DNA of 64,000 nucleotides, from contig CAWEZH010000002.1 of assembly GCA_963813535.1 (NCBI GenBank), positions 320,001-384,000 on the forward strand, given 5' to 3'. The stretch comes from an uncultured Chloroflexia bacterium (lineage in GTDB: Bacteria; Chloroflexota; Limnocylindria; Limnocylindrales; CSP1-4). Shown piece by piece: positions 17,743 through 27,188 of this stretch (positions are counted from its first letter, which is position 1; the number at the start of each line of letters is the position of its first letter). The notes under the pieces are model-generated. The model saw only the letters and a program-made list of their open reading frames with translations. It was not told the DNA's origin and ran no database searches. The translations under genes and the position numbers were made by a program.

Positions 17743-20568
17743 CTAGTTGGCCCGGGCCAGGCGGCGCAGCACGGCGGGCAGGATGCCGCCGCCGCGGTAG
17801 TAGTCGACCTCGATCGGGCCGTCGAATCTGGCGATGGTCTCGAAGCGGACCGTCGATCCATCATCGCGCTCCGCGACGACCGTCACCGACTGGCGCGGCG
17901 AGAGTCCATCCGCCAGGCCGTGGACCGAGTACGTCTCGCGACCCGTGAGGCCGAGTGAGGACGGTGTGTCGCCAGGCTTGAACTGGAGGGGCAGCACGCC
18001 CATCCCGACCAGGTTGGAACGGTGGATCCGCTCATACGACTCCGCGAGGACCACCTTGACGCCGAGCAGCACCGGGCCCTTCGCCGCCCAGTCGCGCGAC
18101 GAGCCCGATCCGTACTCACGGCCGGCGATAACCATCAGGGGCACGCCCTCGGCCTGGTATCGCATCGACGCTTCGTAGATGAACATCTCGTCGCCCGACG
18201 GCAGATGGACCGTGTACGGCCCTTCCTTGCCCTCGACCAACCGGTTCTTGAGGCGGATGTTGCCGAACGTGCCGCGCACCATCACCTCGTGGTGACCGCG
18301 TCGGGCACCGTAGGAGTTGAACTCGAGCGGCGCCACCCCGCGGTCCTGGAGCCACTGACCGGCTGGCGACCAGGCCGGGATCGAGCCCGCTGGTGAGATG
18401 TGGTCGGTCGTCACCGAATCCCCGATGACGGCCAGGACGCGAGCGCCGGTGATGTCATCGATCGGTCGGTCCTCGAACGACATCCCGTCGAAGAAGGGCG
18501 GCCGCGCGACATATGTCGACGCAGGATCCCACGCGTACCGATCACCCTCGGGGATCGGCAAGGCGCGCCAGCGCTCGTCGCCCTCGAAGACGACGGCATA
18601 CGTGCGGCGGAACAACTCCGGGTCGATCGACGAGCCGATGACGCTGCGGATCTCGTCCGGCGACGGCCAGATGTCGGCCAGGTAGACCGGGCGTCCGTCC
18701 TCCCCAGTGCCCAGTGGCTCCGTCGTCAGATCGACGTCGACCCGACCCGCGAGCGCGAAGGCGACGACGAGCGGCGGCGACGCAAGATAGCTCGCGCGTG
18801 CGAGGGGATGGATGCGGCCTTCGAAATTCCGGTTGCCCGACAGGACCGCCGCGACGACGAGATCGTTGGCCTCGACAGCCGCAGCCACCGGCGCATCGAG
18901 CGGTCCGGAGTTCCCGATACAGGTCGTGCAGCCATAGCCGGCCAGGGCGAAGCCGAGCTGCTCGAGCGGCGCCATCAGACCGGCGGCTTCGAGGTAGCCG
19001 GTCACGGCCTTGGAGCCCGGTGCGAGCGAGGTCTTGACCGTCGGCGGCACCCGCAACCCGCGCTCGACGGCGTTTCGTGCCAGCAGTCCCGCGCCGATCA
19101 TCACGGTCGGATTCGAGGTGTTGGTGCACGAGGTGATCGCGGCGATCGCGACTGACCCCGTGCTCAGCTGGACGGTCTCGTCGCCGACCTGCACGGCGAC
19201 GGCACGATACGTACGGCCGTCGTCCACCCGCTCCGAAGTGACGGCCGGCACGGCGGGCGCCGGGGCGGCGGTCGGATCAGACGAGGCGAAGGCGGGCGAA
19301 TCAGACGCGGGGAAGGATTCGGAGGAGGCCTCGTGGACCGTGTCCTCCTCGGCCTTCGGCGGAGGAGGCTGCTCACCCGGCGCAACGAGCCCGTCCGGAA
19401 ACGTCGAACGGAAGTTCTGGCGTAGCGACTGGAGCGGGACGCGATCCTGCGGGCGACGTGGCCCGGCCACCGACGGCTCGACGGTCGCGAGGTCCAGCGT
19501 GAGGCTCTCATCGAATGCCGGCCCGTCACCAGGCTCGCGCCAGAGACCCTGCTCCTTGGCGTAGCGCTCCACGAGGTCGACGCGCTCGGCCGAGCGACCG
19601 GTGAGCCGCAGATAGCTGAGTGTCTCGTCGTCGATGGGGAACAGCGTGGCGGTCGCCCCGAACTCGGGGCTCATGTTCGAGATCGTCGCCCGGTCGGCCA
19701 GCGATAGCGTGGAAAGTCCGTCGCCCGCGAACTCGACGAACGCACCGACGACGCCGTGGCTCCGGAGCATCTCCGTGACGACGAGGACCAGGTCGGTGGC
19801 GGTCGAGCCGCGAGGCAGTTCCCCGGTCAGCCGGACCCCGACCACATGAGGCATCGGCTGGTAGAGCGGTTGCCCAAGCAGCACCGCCTCGGCCTCGATG
19901 CCGCCGACGCCGTAGCCGAGCACTCCGAGGGCGTTGATCATCGTCGTGTGCGAGTCGGTTCCGACGAGCGTGTCCGGGAAGGCGACGCCGTCGCGCTCGG
20001 CGACCACCGGCGCCAGGAACTCGAGGTTCACCTGGTGGACGATGCCTGTGCCGGGCGGAACGATCCGCAGGTTGCGGAACGCGGTCTGTGCCCAGCGCAG
20101 CAACTGGTAGCGCTCACCGTTGCGCTCGTACTCGCGCTCGACGTTGAATGCGAAGGCATCGCCCGTCCCGAAGCGGTCGACCTGGACCGAGTGGTCGATG
20201 ACGAGGTCGGCCGGCACGAGCGGGTTCACTCGGGCCGGGTCCCCGCCAAGGTCCGCCATGGCGTCACGCATGGCTGCCAGGTCGACGACGGCGGGGACGC
20301 CGGTGAGGTCCTGGAGGATGACCCGCGACGGCATGAACGGGATCTCTGCCTCCGCCACGACGCCGGGGCGCCACGACGCCAGCGTCTCGACATCGGACGC
20401 ATCGACGACGCCGCCGCCGGCCTGACGGACCAGGTTCTCGAGGAGGATGCGCACCGTGACGGGCAGGCGTGCCTCCGCCGTCATGTCCTCGACGGCGTGC
20501 AGGCGATAGATATCCGGCAGCCCCGGGCCGAGGGAGGCCCGAGCGCCGAAGGGATCGGCTGATGGCAA
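17743..20568 (-). CDS. acnA: Aconitate hydratase A
   Basis: LQDLTGVP, DHSVQVD, GTDSHTTM, SCTNTSNP, GCTTCIGNSG, TTDHISPAG, GSGSSRDWAAKG; 941 aa. Confidence 0.96.
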   Translation of the reverse strand: MPSADPFGARASLGPGLPDIYRLHAVEDMTAEARLPVTVRILLENLVRQAGGGVVDASDVETLASWRPGVVAEAEIPFMPSRVILQDLTGVPAVVDLAAMRDAMADLGGDPARVNPLVPADLVIDHSVQVDRFGTGDAFAFNVEREYERNGERYQLLRWAQTAFRNLRIVPPGTGIVHQVNLEFLAPVVAERDGVAFPDTLVGTDSHTTMINALGVLGYGVGGIEAEAVLLGQPLYQPMPHVVGVRLTGELPRGSTATDLVLVVTEMLRSHGVVGAFVEFAGDGLSTLSLADRATISNMSPEFGATATLFPIDDETLSYLRLTGRSAERVDLVERYAKEQGLWREPGDGPAFDESLTLDLATVEPSVAGPRRPQDRVPLQSLRQNFRSTFPDGLVAPGEQPPPPKAEEDTVHEASSESFPASDSPAFASSDPTAAPAPAVPAVTSERVDDGRTYRAVAVQVGDETVQLSTGSVAIAAITSCTNTSNPTVMIGAGLLARNAVERGLRVPPTVKTSLAPGSKAVTGYLEAAGLMAPLEQLGFALAGYGCTTCIGNSGPLDAPVAAAVEANDLVVAAVLSGNRNFEGRIHPLARASYLASPPLVVAFALAGRVDVDLTTEPLGTGEDGRPVYLADIWPSPDEIRSVIGSSIDPELFRRTYAVVFEGDERWRALPIPEGDRYAWDPASTYVARPPFFDGMSFEDRPIDDITGARVLAVIGDSVTTDHISPAGSIPAWSPAGQWLQDRGVAPLEFNSYGARRGHHEVMVRGTFGNIRLKNRLVEGKEGPYTVHLPSGDEMFIYEASMRYQAEGVPLMVIAGREYGSGSSRDWAAKGPVLLGVKVVLAESYERIHRSNLVGMGVLPLQFKPGDTPSSLGLTGRETYSVHGLADGLSPRQSVTVVAERDDGSTVRFETIARFDGPIEVDYYRGGGILPAVLRRLARAN

Positions 20569-20671
20569 CGCGTGCTACTCCGCTCGCTCGTTAGACTCGA
20601 TGGATGCAAGCGTACCGCGCTCGGGCCGCTGCCCGCGGCGACCGAGGCGGAGCCCGCCCCGGGCGCACCCG

Positions 20672-21730
20672 GTGAAGCCCTGGGGTGCGCTTCCCGGTGA
20701 CGATCCGGAGCGTGACCGAGCCGAGACCGAAGCCGCGATTTCGGCTGCCGGTATCGACCTCGACCCTGTCCCGCCCGGGCAGCACCGCCATGCCGATGGC
20801 GAGGTCCACGCCGACGGCCACAGCCATCCGCACCACACGTCCGAGCCGGGTGAGACACCCTCGACCGGTATCGTCGGGGCCGGCGCGGTCGGCACAGCGT
20901 TGGGACTCGCCCTGAGCCGTGCCGGTTGGCCGATCCACGCTGTGGCGAGTCGCGATCCTGACCGCCGTGCCCGGTTCGCCGGCGCCGTCGAGGGTGCGCG
21001 CGCCTTCGCCGAGGCGCAGGCGCTGGTCGAGGAGGTCGAGCTGATCATCCTGGCCGTCCCGGACGACGCCATCGGGACGCTTGCCCGCGAGGTCCGCATG
21101 TACAGCGGTCAGGCCATGATCCACACGAGCGGGGCGCTCGGCGCGGACGTCCTCGCTCCGGCCATGGCGGCTGGGACGCAGATCGGCTCGTTCCACCCGC
21201 TGGTGGCGTTCGCCGACACGGAACGGGCGATCGCCGCGCTGCGCGGCGCGACCGTCGCGATCGAGGGCGATGACGACCTGGCATCGATGCTGTCCGACAT
21301 GGCCGAGCGCATCGGGGCACATGCGGTTCGGCTCGCCCCCGGGTCGAAGGCCGCTTATCACGCGGCGGCGGTGCTCGCCGCCGGCGGATTCGTGGCCCTG
21401 CTCGACGCGATCGCCGAGCTGGGCGCGGTCGCCGGTCTCGACGAGGCCGGATCCCTCTCGATCTACGCACCGCTTATCGAGGGAACGCTCGGCAATGCCC
21501 GCGCCTTGGGCATCCAGGCGGCGCTCACCGGGCCGATGACCCGCGGGGACACCGGGACGCTGGAGGCCCATCTCGCCGCCCTCGCCGCCCATGCCCCGGG
21601 CGTCCTGCCGCTGTATGTGGCCGCGGCGCACCGGGAGATCGATCTCGCCCTCGAGCGGCGCGTGCTCGCACCGGAGACGGCGTCCAGCATGCGCAATTCA
21701 CTCAGGAATGCGCTTGCAAGGCAGGACTGA
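20672..21730 (+). CDS. Rossmann-like + DUF2520 oxidoreductase (PanG-like) with His-rich N-terminal extension
   Basis: GIVGAGAVG, LAVPDD, HTSG, FHP, YHAAAV, ALTGP..RGD. Start uncertain (20600 or 20672). Confidence 0.85.
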   Translation: MKPWGALPGDDPERDRAETEAAISAAGIDLDPVPPGQHRHADGEVHADGHSHPHHTSEPGETPSTGIVGAGAVGTALGLALSRAGWPIHAVASRDPDRRARFAGAVEGARAFAEAQALVEEVELIILAVPDDAIGTLAREVRMYSGQAMIHTSGALGADVLAPAMAAGTQIGSFHPLVAFADTERAIAALRGATVAIEGDDDLASMLSDMAERIGAHAVRLAPGSKAAYHAAAVLAAGGFVALLDAIAELGAVAGLDEAGSLSIYAPLIEGTLGNARALGIQAALTGPMTRGDTGTLEAHLAALAAHAPGVLPLYVAAAHREIDLALERRVLAPETASSMRNSLRNALARQD

Positions 21731-21741
21731 CCTAGTACCAT
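21714..21741 (+). promoter_or_regulatory. Putative sigma70-type promoter
   Basis: TTGCAA-N16-TACCAT, 8 nt before ATG 21750. Confidence 0.55.
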
Positions 21742-21749
21742 TGCGGCCC

Positions 21750-22070
21750 ATGGGACACAGCATCGCCGCCAAGTACGCGGCGCGACCGGCGGCGCGTTTC
21801 GTGCGTCCGTCCAGCCGCGCGAGAGAGCGGCGACTCGGTCTCGGAGCGCGCGCCTCATTCTCAGCCGTCGCGGGCGTCCAGACCCAGTTGCGTGGCCCCG
21901 ATGCCGGTCCGTTCGCGCGTCTGCGCTCGGGCTGGCGCGGTCCGCGACCGACCCGGTCGCACATCCGCGATCGCCGAGTCCGGCCGTTGGTGACGATGCA
22001 TTGGGCACGTTCCGGGCGCTCCGGAGCGGGCCGGCGTCCCAGCGCCGCCGCGGCGCCGTGGCACGCCTGA
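21750..22070 (+). CDS. Hypothetical Arg-rich protein (106 aa)
   Basis: ATG 8 nt after a -10 box; fills the gap before NUDIX and overlaps its start. No recognisable motif. Confidence 0.4.
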   Translation: MGHSIAAKYAARPAARFVRPSSRARERRLGLGARASFSAVAGVQTQLRGPDAGPFARLRSGWRGPRPTRSHIRDRRVRPLVTMHWARSGRSGAGRRPSAAAAPWHA

Positions 22071-22513
22071 GGACGGCCACCGCCACCTCCGCGGGCGGCA
22101 TCGTTGTCCGATATCGGTCGGGGCGGCCTCAACTCGTCGTCGGCGGTCGCCGGCGTGAGCGCGACGTCCACACCTGGACCCTGCCAAAGGGCACGCCCGA
22201 CCACGACGAGACACTCGAGGAGACGGCGCTCCGTGAGGTGGCCGAGGAGACTGGGCTCACCGTCCGCATCACCCGGCCGATCGATGCGATCGCATACACC
22301 TTCGTCCAGTCCGGCACGCGGATCAACAAGACCGTCCACTACTACTTGATGGAACCGACCGGCGGCGACCTCGCGCGCCACGACCACGAGTTCGACGAGG
22401 TGCGCTGGATCGACTTCGACCAGGCCCAGACCGTGCTGACGTTCGAGACCGAGCGGGCGCTGGTTGGTCAGGCTGCCGAGATCATCGGAACGCCCGCGGA
22501 GCGGGCTTCGTGA
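22058..22513 (+). CDS. NUDIX hydrolase
   Basis: SAGGIVV and Nudix box LPKG....ETLEETALREVAEETGL. Confidence 0.9.
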   Translation: MARLRTATATSAGGIVVRYRSGRPQLVVGGRRRERDVHTWTLPKGTPDHDETLEETALREVAEETGLTVRITRPIDAIAYTFVQSGTRINKTVHYYLMEPTGGDLARHDHEFDEVRWIDFDQAQTVLTFETERALVGQAAEIIGTPAERAS

Positions 22514-23631
22514 CCGACCCGCGGGGGGCCGGCACCGTCATCCACGAGACACCACTGGCCGACCGCCATGAGGCGCTGGGCGCGCGGATGATCGACTTCG
22601 CCGGCTGGCGGATGCCGGTGCAGTACGGCTCGATCCTCGAGGAGCATCGATCGGTCCGAGAGCGAGCCGGGCTGTTCGACCTCTCGCACATGGGCGAGCT
22701 GCTCGTGGAGGGGGCGGACGCCGGTGAGGCACTGGCTCTCGCCCTCGTGTCGAACCCACCGGCGCTCGCTATCGGCCGCGCCCAATACTCGATGATCTGC
22801 GCGCCCCACGGCGGCATCCTCGACGACCTGATCGTCTACCGGCTCGCCGAGGATCGCTTCATGGTGGTCGCCAACGCGGCGAATGCGCAGGTCGTGTCCG
22901 ATACGCTGGCCGAACGCCTCGACGGCTCCCGAGCCGTGCTCGACGACCAGTCGCTCGCGACCGGTCTCGTGGCGATCCAGGGACCGCGCTCGGTCGACGC
23001 CCTCCAGCCGCACACCGACGTCGACCTGGCCGCGCTGAAGTACTACGGCATCGCCGATGGCCACGTGGCCGGCATCGCCGCCCACGTCGCGCGGACCGGG
23101 TACACCGGCGAGGACGGTTTCGAGGTGTTCGTCGAGACCGCACGGACCGGCGAGCTGTGGGATGCGCTGCTCGACGCGATCCGCGGTGTCGACGGGGGGC
23201 CTGTCGGACTCGGCGCTCGCGACACGCTCCGGCTCGAAGCCGGCATGCCGCTCTACGGCAACGAGCTCGACGAGACCACGACACCCTACGACGCGGGTCT
23301 CGGACGGGTCGTCAAGCTCGACAAGCCCGGCGACTTCGTCGGCAGAGCGGCCCTCGAGAAGGTCGCCGCCGAGGGACCGAAGCGGTCCCTGGTCGGCCTG
23401 GTCGTCGAGGGCCGCGGGATCGCTCGGCATGGCTACCCGGTGCATGCCGGTGACCGTCGGACCGGCGTCGTCACGAGTGGCACGCAGTCGCCGACGCTCG
23501 GCGCCCCGATCGCGATGGCGTATGTCACACCCTCGGACACAGAACCGGGCACCATGGTCGATATCGAGATCCGCGACGCGCGCGTCCCGGCACGGGTCGT
23601 GCCGCTGCCGTTCTACCGGAGGAACAGTTGA
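22510..23631 (+). CDS. gcvT: Glycine cleavage system aminomethyltransferase T
   Basis: FAGWRMPVQY, LFDLSHMG, RTGYTGEDGFE, GARDTLRLEAG. Confidence 0.96.
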   Translation: MTDPRGAGTVIHETPLADRHEALGARMIDFAGWRMPVQYGSILEEHRSVRERAGLFDLSHMGELLVEGADAGEALALALVSNPPALAIGRAQYSMICAPHGGILDDLIVYRLAEDRFMVVANAANAQVVSDTLAERLDGSRAVLDDQSLATGLVAIQGPRSVDALQPHTDVDLAALKYYGIADGHVAGIAAHVARTGYTGEDGFEVFVETARTGELWDALLDAIRGVDGGPVGLGARDTLRLEAGMPLYGNELDETTTPYDAGLGRVVKLDKPGDFVGRAALEKVAAEGPKRSLVGLVVEGRGIARHGYPVHAGDRRTGVVTSGTQSPTLGAPIAMAYVTPSDTEPGTMVDIEIRDARVPARVVPLPFYRRNS

Positions 23632-23632
23632 C

Positions 23633-24016
23633 GTGAGTTCACCGACCGACTTGCGGTACACCCGCGACCACGAGTGGGTCCGGGTCGACGGCGATCAGGC
23701 GACCGTCGGGATCACCCAGTACGCCGCCGACCAGCTGGGCGACATCGTCTTCGTCGAGCTGCCCGACACCGGCCGCGAGCTCGAGGAGGCCAAGCCCTTC
23801 GGGGTCGTCGAGTCGGTCAAGGCCGTGAGCGACCTCTTCGCGCCGCTGACTGGCTCCGTGACGTCGACCAACGACGCGTTGGCAGCCAGCCCGGAGCTCG
23901 TCAACAGCGACCCGTACGGCGAGGGATGGATGATCAAGATCACCGTCCAGGACGTCTCCGAGATCGACGACCTGCTCGACGGCTCCGCCTACGACGACCT
24001 CGTCGCGGCGGGCTGA
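23633..24016 (+). CDS. gcvH: Glycine cleavage system H protein
   Basis: HEWV, GITQYA..LGDIVFVELP, lipoyl-Lys motif VESVKA, NSDPYGEGW. Confidence 0.96.
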   Translation: MSSPTDLRYTRDHEWVRVDGDQATVGITQYAADQLGDIVFVELPDTGRELEEAKPFGVVESVKAVSDLFAPLTGSVTSTNDALAASPELVNSDPYGEGWMIKITVQDVSEIDDLLDGSAYDDLVAAG

Positions 24017-24023
24017 TCGGACG

Positions 24024-25448
24024 ATGCCCTACGGCCCACATACACCGGCCGATCGCGAGCGGATGCTTGCGGCGCTCGGCCTCGACAGCGTCGACGACCT
24101 CTTCGCCGACATCCCGACAGACCTTCGAGCGAGCGCGCTCGACCTGCCGCCACCCGAGCCGGAGCTCGAGCTGTCTGCCCGGCTGCGTGAGATGGCCGGG
24201 CGGAACCAGACCGACCTGGTGTCCTTCCTGGGAGCCGGCGTCTACCGCCATTGGACGCCGCCGGCGGTCGACCAGCTACTGCTGCGCGGGGAGTGGTACA
24301 CGGCCTACACGCCGTATCAGCCCGAGGTCAGCCAGGGGACCCTGCAGTCGATCTACGAGTACGAGTCGCTGATCGCCGAGCTCGTCGACATGGACGTCGT
24401 GTCGGCATCGCATTACGACGGCGCGGCCGCGACCGCCGAGGCGGCACTCATGACCTGCCGCGCCACGCGCCGCGACCGCGTCCTGGTCAGCCGGGGTGTC
24501 CATCCCCATTATCGGGCCACCCTGCAGACGTACATGGGCGGTGGTCTCGAGCTCGATGAGATCCCCCTCATCGCCGACGGCGACGCCGCCGGCACGACCG
24601 ACCTCGTCGCCCTCGAGCGGATGCTTGCCGACACGGAACGGCCGGTCGCCGGAGTCATCGCCGCGAACCCCGATTTCCTCGGCCTCCTCGAGCCGATGCC
24701 GCGGATCGGCGAGCTCGTTCACGCCGCAGGTGCGCTGTTCGTGGCGGTGATCGAGCCGGTCTCGCTCGCGGTCCTGACGCCGCCCGGCGCCTATGGCGCC
24801 GACATCGCGGCGGGCGAGGGCCAGCCGCTCGGCATCTCGCCGCAGTACGGCGGCCCGTATCTCGGCATCCTCGCCTCGACGGGCGCGCTGGTCCGCCAGA
24901 TCCCGGGCCGCCTCGTCGGCATGACGACCGACCTCGAGGGCAAGCGCGCGTTCGTCATGACGCTGCGTGCCCGAGAGCAGGACATCCGGCGCGACAAGGC
25001 GGCGAGCAACATCTGTACCAACCAGGCGCTACTCGCGCTGGCGGCCTCCATCTACCTCGCGGCGATCGGGCCGCATGGACTGCGCGATGTGGCAGCCAAC
25101 GGTGCGGCGCGAGCCACCGAGTTGGTATCAGCGCTCGCCGACATCGGCGTCGAGCGCGTCCATCACGGCGCGTATCTCAACGAATTCGCCGTCCGCGTGC
25201 CCGATGCGCGGACCGTCCATCGCCGGATGATCGAACGCGGGTTCCTCGCCGGGTTGGTGCTGGCCGACGCCGAGCCGGACGACCCGACCATCGCCGACGC
25301 ATTGCTGCTGTGCGCGACCGAGCTGACGACGGCCGGTGACATCGCCCGCTTCACGGCAGCGCTGCAGGAGGTCCTGACCGGCCGTCCGCCCGTCGGTGTC
25401 GAGACCGGAGCCCGTGAGACGGCCCGGCCGATCGGAGCGGCCAGATGA
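24024..25448 (+). CDS. gcvPA: Glycine dehydrogenase subunit 1
   Basis: FLGAG.Y, YTAYTPYQPEVSQG, REQDIRRDKAASNICTNQ. Confidence 0.95.
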   Translation: MPYGPHTPADRERMLAALGLDSVDDLFADIPTDLRASALDLPPPEPELELSARLREMAGRNQTDLVSFLGAGVYRHWTPPAVDQLLLRGEWYTAYTPYQPEVSQGTLQSIYEYESLIAELVDMDVVSASHYDGAAATAEAALMTCRATRRDRVLVSRGVHPHYRATLQTYMGGGLELDEIPLIADGDAAGTTDLVALERMLADTERPVAGVIAANPDFLGLLEPMPRIGELVHAAGALFVAVIEPVSLAVLTPPGAYGADIAAGEGQPLGISPQYGGPYLGILASTGALVRQIPGRLVGMTTDLEGKRAFVMTLRAREQDIRRDKAASNICTNQALLALAASIYLAAIGPHGLRDVAANGAARATELVSALADIGVERVHHGAYLNEFAVRVPDARTVHRRMIERGFLAGLVLADAEPDDPTIADALLLCATELTTAGDIARFTAALQEVLTGRPPVGVETGARETARPIGAAR

Positions 25449-26944
25449 GCGTCACGGGCGAGAAGCTCCAGCCGACGCTCTTCGAGCGCAGCCGACCGGG
25501 TCGCGGGGGCGGCAAGATCCCGCACCCGCCCAAGGACGCATTGGACCGGCTGCCGGCCGAGGCGCGCCGGGCGACACCGCCGGCTCTGCCCGAGATGAAC
25601 GAGCCCGACGTCGTCCGCCACTACGTGAACCTCAGCCAGCTGAACCACGCGGTCGACACCGGCTTCTACCCACTCGGTTCATGCACGATGAAGTTCAACC
25701 CGAAGCTCAACGAATGGGCGGCACGGCTGCCGGGCTTCGCCGACCTGCATCCGATGGCTCCCGACGAGGTCGCCCAGGGCACGCTCCAGCTGCTGTGGGA
25801 GCTCGAAGGAGCGCTGGCCGAGATCTCCGGCATGCGTGCCGTCACCCTGCAGCCGGCGGCCGGCGCCCAGGGTGAGCTGACGGGCATCCTGATGATCCGC
25901 GCCTACCACCGTGATCGCGGCGATACCGACCGTGACGAAGTGCTGGTGCCCGACAGCTCGCACGGCACCAACCCGGCGACCGCCTCGATGGCCGGCTTCA
26001 AGACCATCACCGTCCCGTCGGCCGCCGACGGCGGCGTGGACCTCGAGGCGTTCAAGGCCGCCCTCGGCCCACGTACGGCCGCCGTGATGATCACGAACCC
26101 GTCGACCCTCGGCCTGTTCGAGGCGCGCATCGGCGACCTGCTCGAGGCGGTCCACGCGGCGGGCGCCCTGGCATACATGGATGGCGCGAACCTCAATGCG
26201 ATCCTCGGCCGGTTCAAGCCCGGCCAGGCGGGCTTCGACGTGATGCACTTCAACGTCCACAAGACGTTCAGCACGCCGCACGGCGGCGGTGGCCCGGGCG
26301 CGGGGCCGGTCGGGGTCGGGGAGCGCCTGGTGCCGTTCCTGCCGACACCGCGCGTCCTCCGCCTGGACGACGGCACATTCCGACTGGAGCGAGCCGACGA
26401 GCGGCCGAGCTCGATCGGGCGGCTACGCAGCTTCGTCGGCAACACCGGTGTGCTCGTGCGTGCGTATGCGTATATCCGTGCGCATGGCGGGTCGGGCCTG
26501 CGCGAGGTCAGCGACGACGCCGTCCTGGCCGCCAACTACCTCAAGTCACGGCTCGGCGGCATGTTCGATCTGCCCTATGACCGCCCGTGCAAGCACGAGT
26601 TCGTCGCCTCGGCAGCGAGCCTGAAGGCACGCACCGGGGTGCGGACGCTCGACGTCGCCAAGCGCCTCATCGACTATGGCTTCCATCCGCCGACGATCTA
26701 CTTCCCGCTGATCGTCGAGGAAGGGATGCTCATCGAGCCGACCGAGACCGAATCGCTGGAGACGCTCGATGCGTTCGCCGATGCGCTTGCCGAGATCGTC
26801 GCCGAGGCGGAACGCGACCCGGAGATGGTCAAAGCGGCGCCGCACACCGCCCCCGTCAAACGGCTCGACGAAGCCACGGCGGCACGCCAGCCGAATCTGC
26901 GCTGGCGGCCCATGGCCGGTGCGGAGATGCCCTGTCCGGATTGA
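25445..26944 (+). CDS. gcvPB: Glycine dehydrogenase subunit 2
   Basis: PLGSCTMKFNP, HGTNPA, NVHKTFSTPHGGGGPG, IEPTETES. Confidence 0.95.
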   Translation: MSVTGEKLQPTLFERSRPGRGGGKIPHPPKDALDRLPAEARRATPPALPEMNEPDVVRHYVNLSQLNHAVDTGFYPLGSCTMKFNPKLNEWAARLPGFADLHPMAPDEVAQGTLQLLWELEGALAEISGMRAVTLQPAAGAQGELTGILMIRAYHRDRGDTDRDEVLVPDSSHGTNPATASMAGFKTITVPSAADGGVDLEAFKAALGPRTAAVMITNPSTLGLFEARIGDLLEAVHAAGALAYMDGANLNAILGRFKPGQAGFDVMHFNVHKTFSTPHGGGGPGAGPVGVGERLVPFLPTPRVLRLDDGTFRLERADERPSSIGRLRSFVGNTGVLVRAYAYIRAHGGSGLREVSDDAVLAANYLKSRLGGMFDLPYDRPCKHEFVASAASLKARTGVRTLDVAKRLIDYGFHPPTIYFPLIVEEGMLIEPTETESLETLDAFADALAEIVAEAERDPEMVKAAPHTAPVKRLDEATAARQPNLRWRPMAGAEMPCPD

Positions 26945-27188
26945 CTCGGGACGGGACTTCCGTGCAAGTTGACGGGTCCGACCTTCGTGTGAATGATAGG
27001 CGCCATCTTGAGGCCCGCGGCTCGTCATCGTGACCGCGGGTGCCTTCGCGCACGGCGGCAGTGATGGGAGGATCAACTGTCGCCGATCGGTCAACGCGTC
27101 GCGGTCGCCGGACGGGATCGAGACGTGCCCGAGCCATCCGGACGCTACGGCAGGAGGCCGTGGCGACGGTCACGTGAAAGGGACCTAC

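Noticed and set aside
16041-17743. Genomic island integrated at tRNA-Val
   Set aside because: No integrase and no duplicated tRNA 3' end seen in the window.
19200-19390. Low-complexity insert in aconitase (HEASSESFPASD)
   Set aside because: A similar linker is familiar from actinobacterial-type AcnA proteins, so it is not novel.
21815-21870. Glycine riboswitch upstream of gcvT (GAGAGAG...TTCTCAG)
   Set aside because: Lacks the GCCGAAG and CTCTCAGG core and is separated from gcvT by the NUDIX gene.
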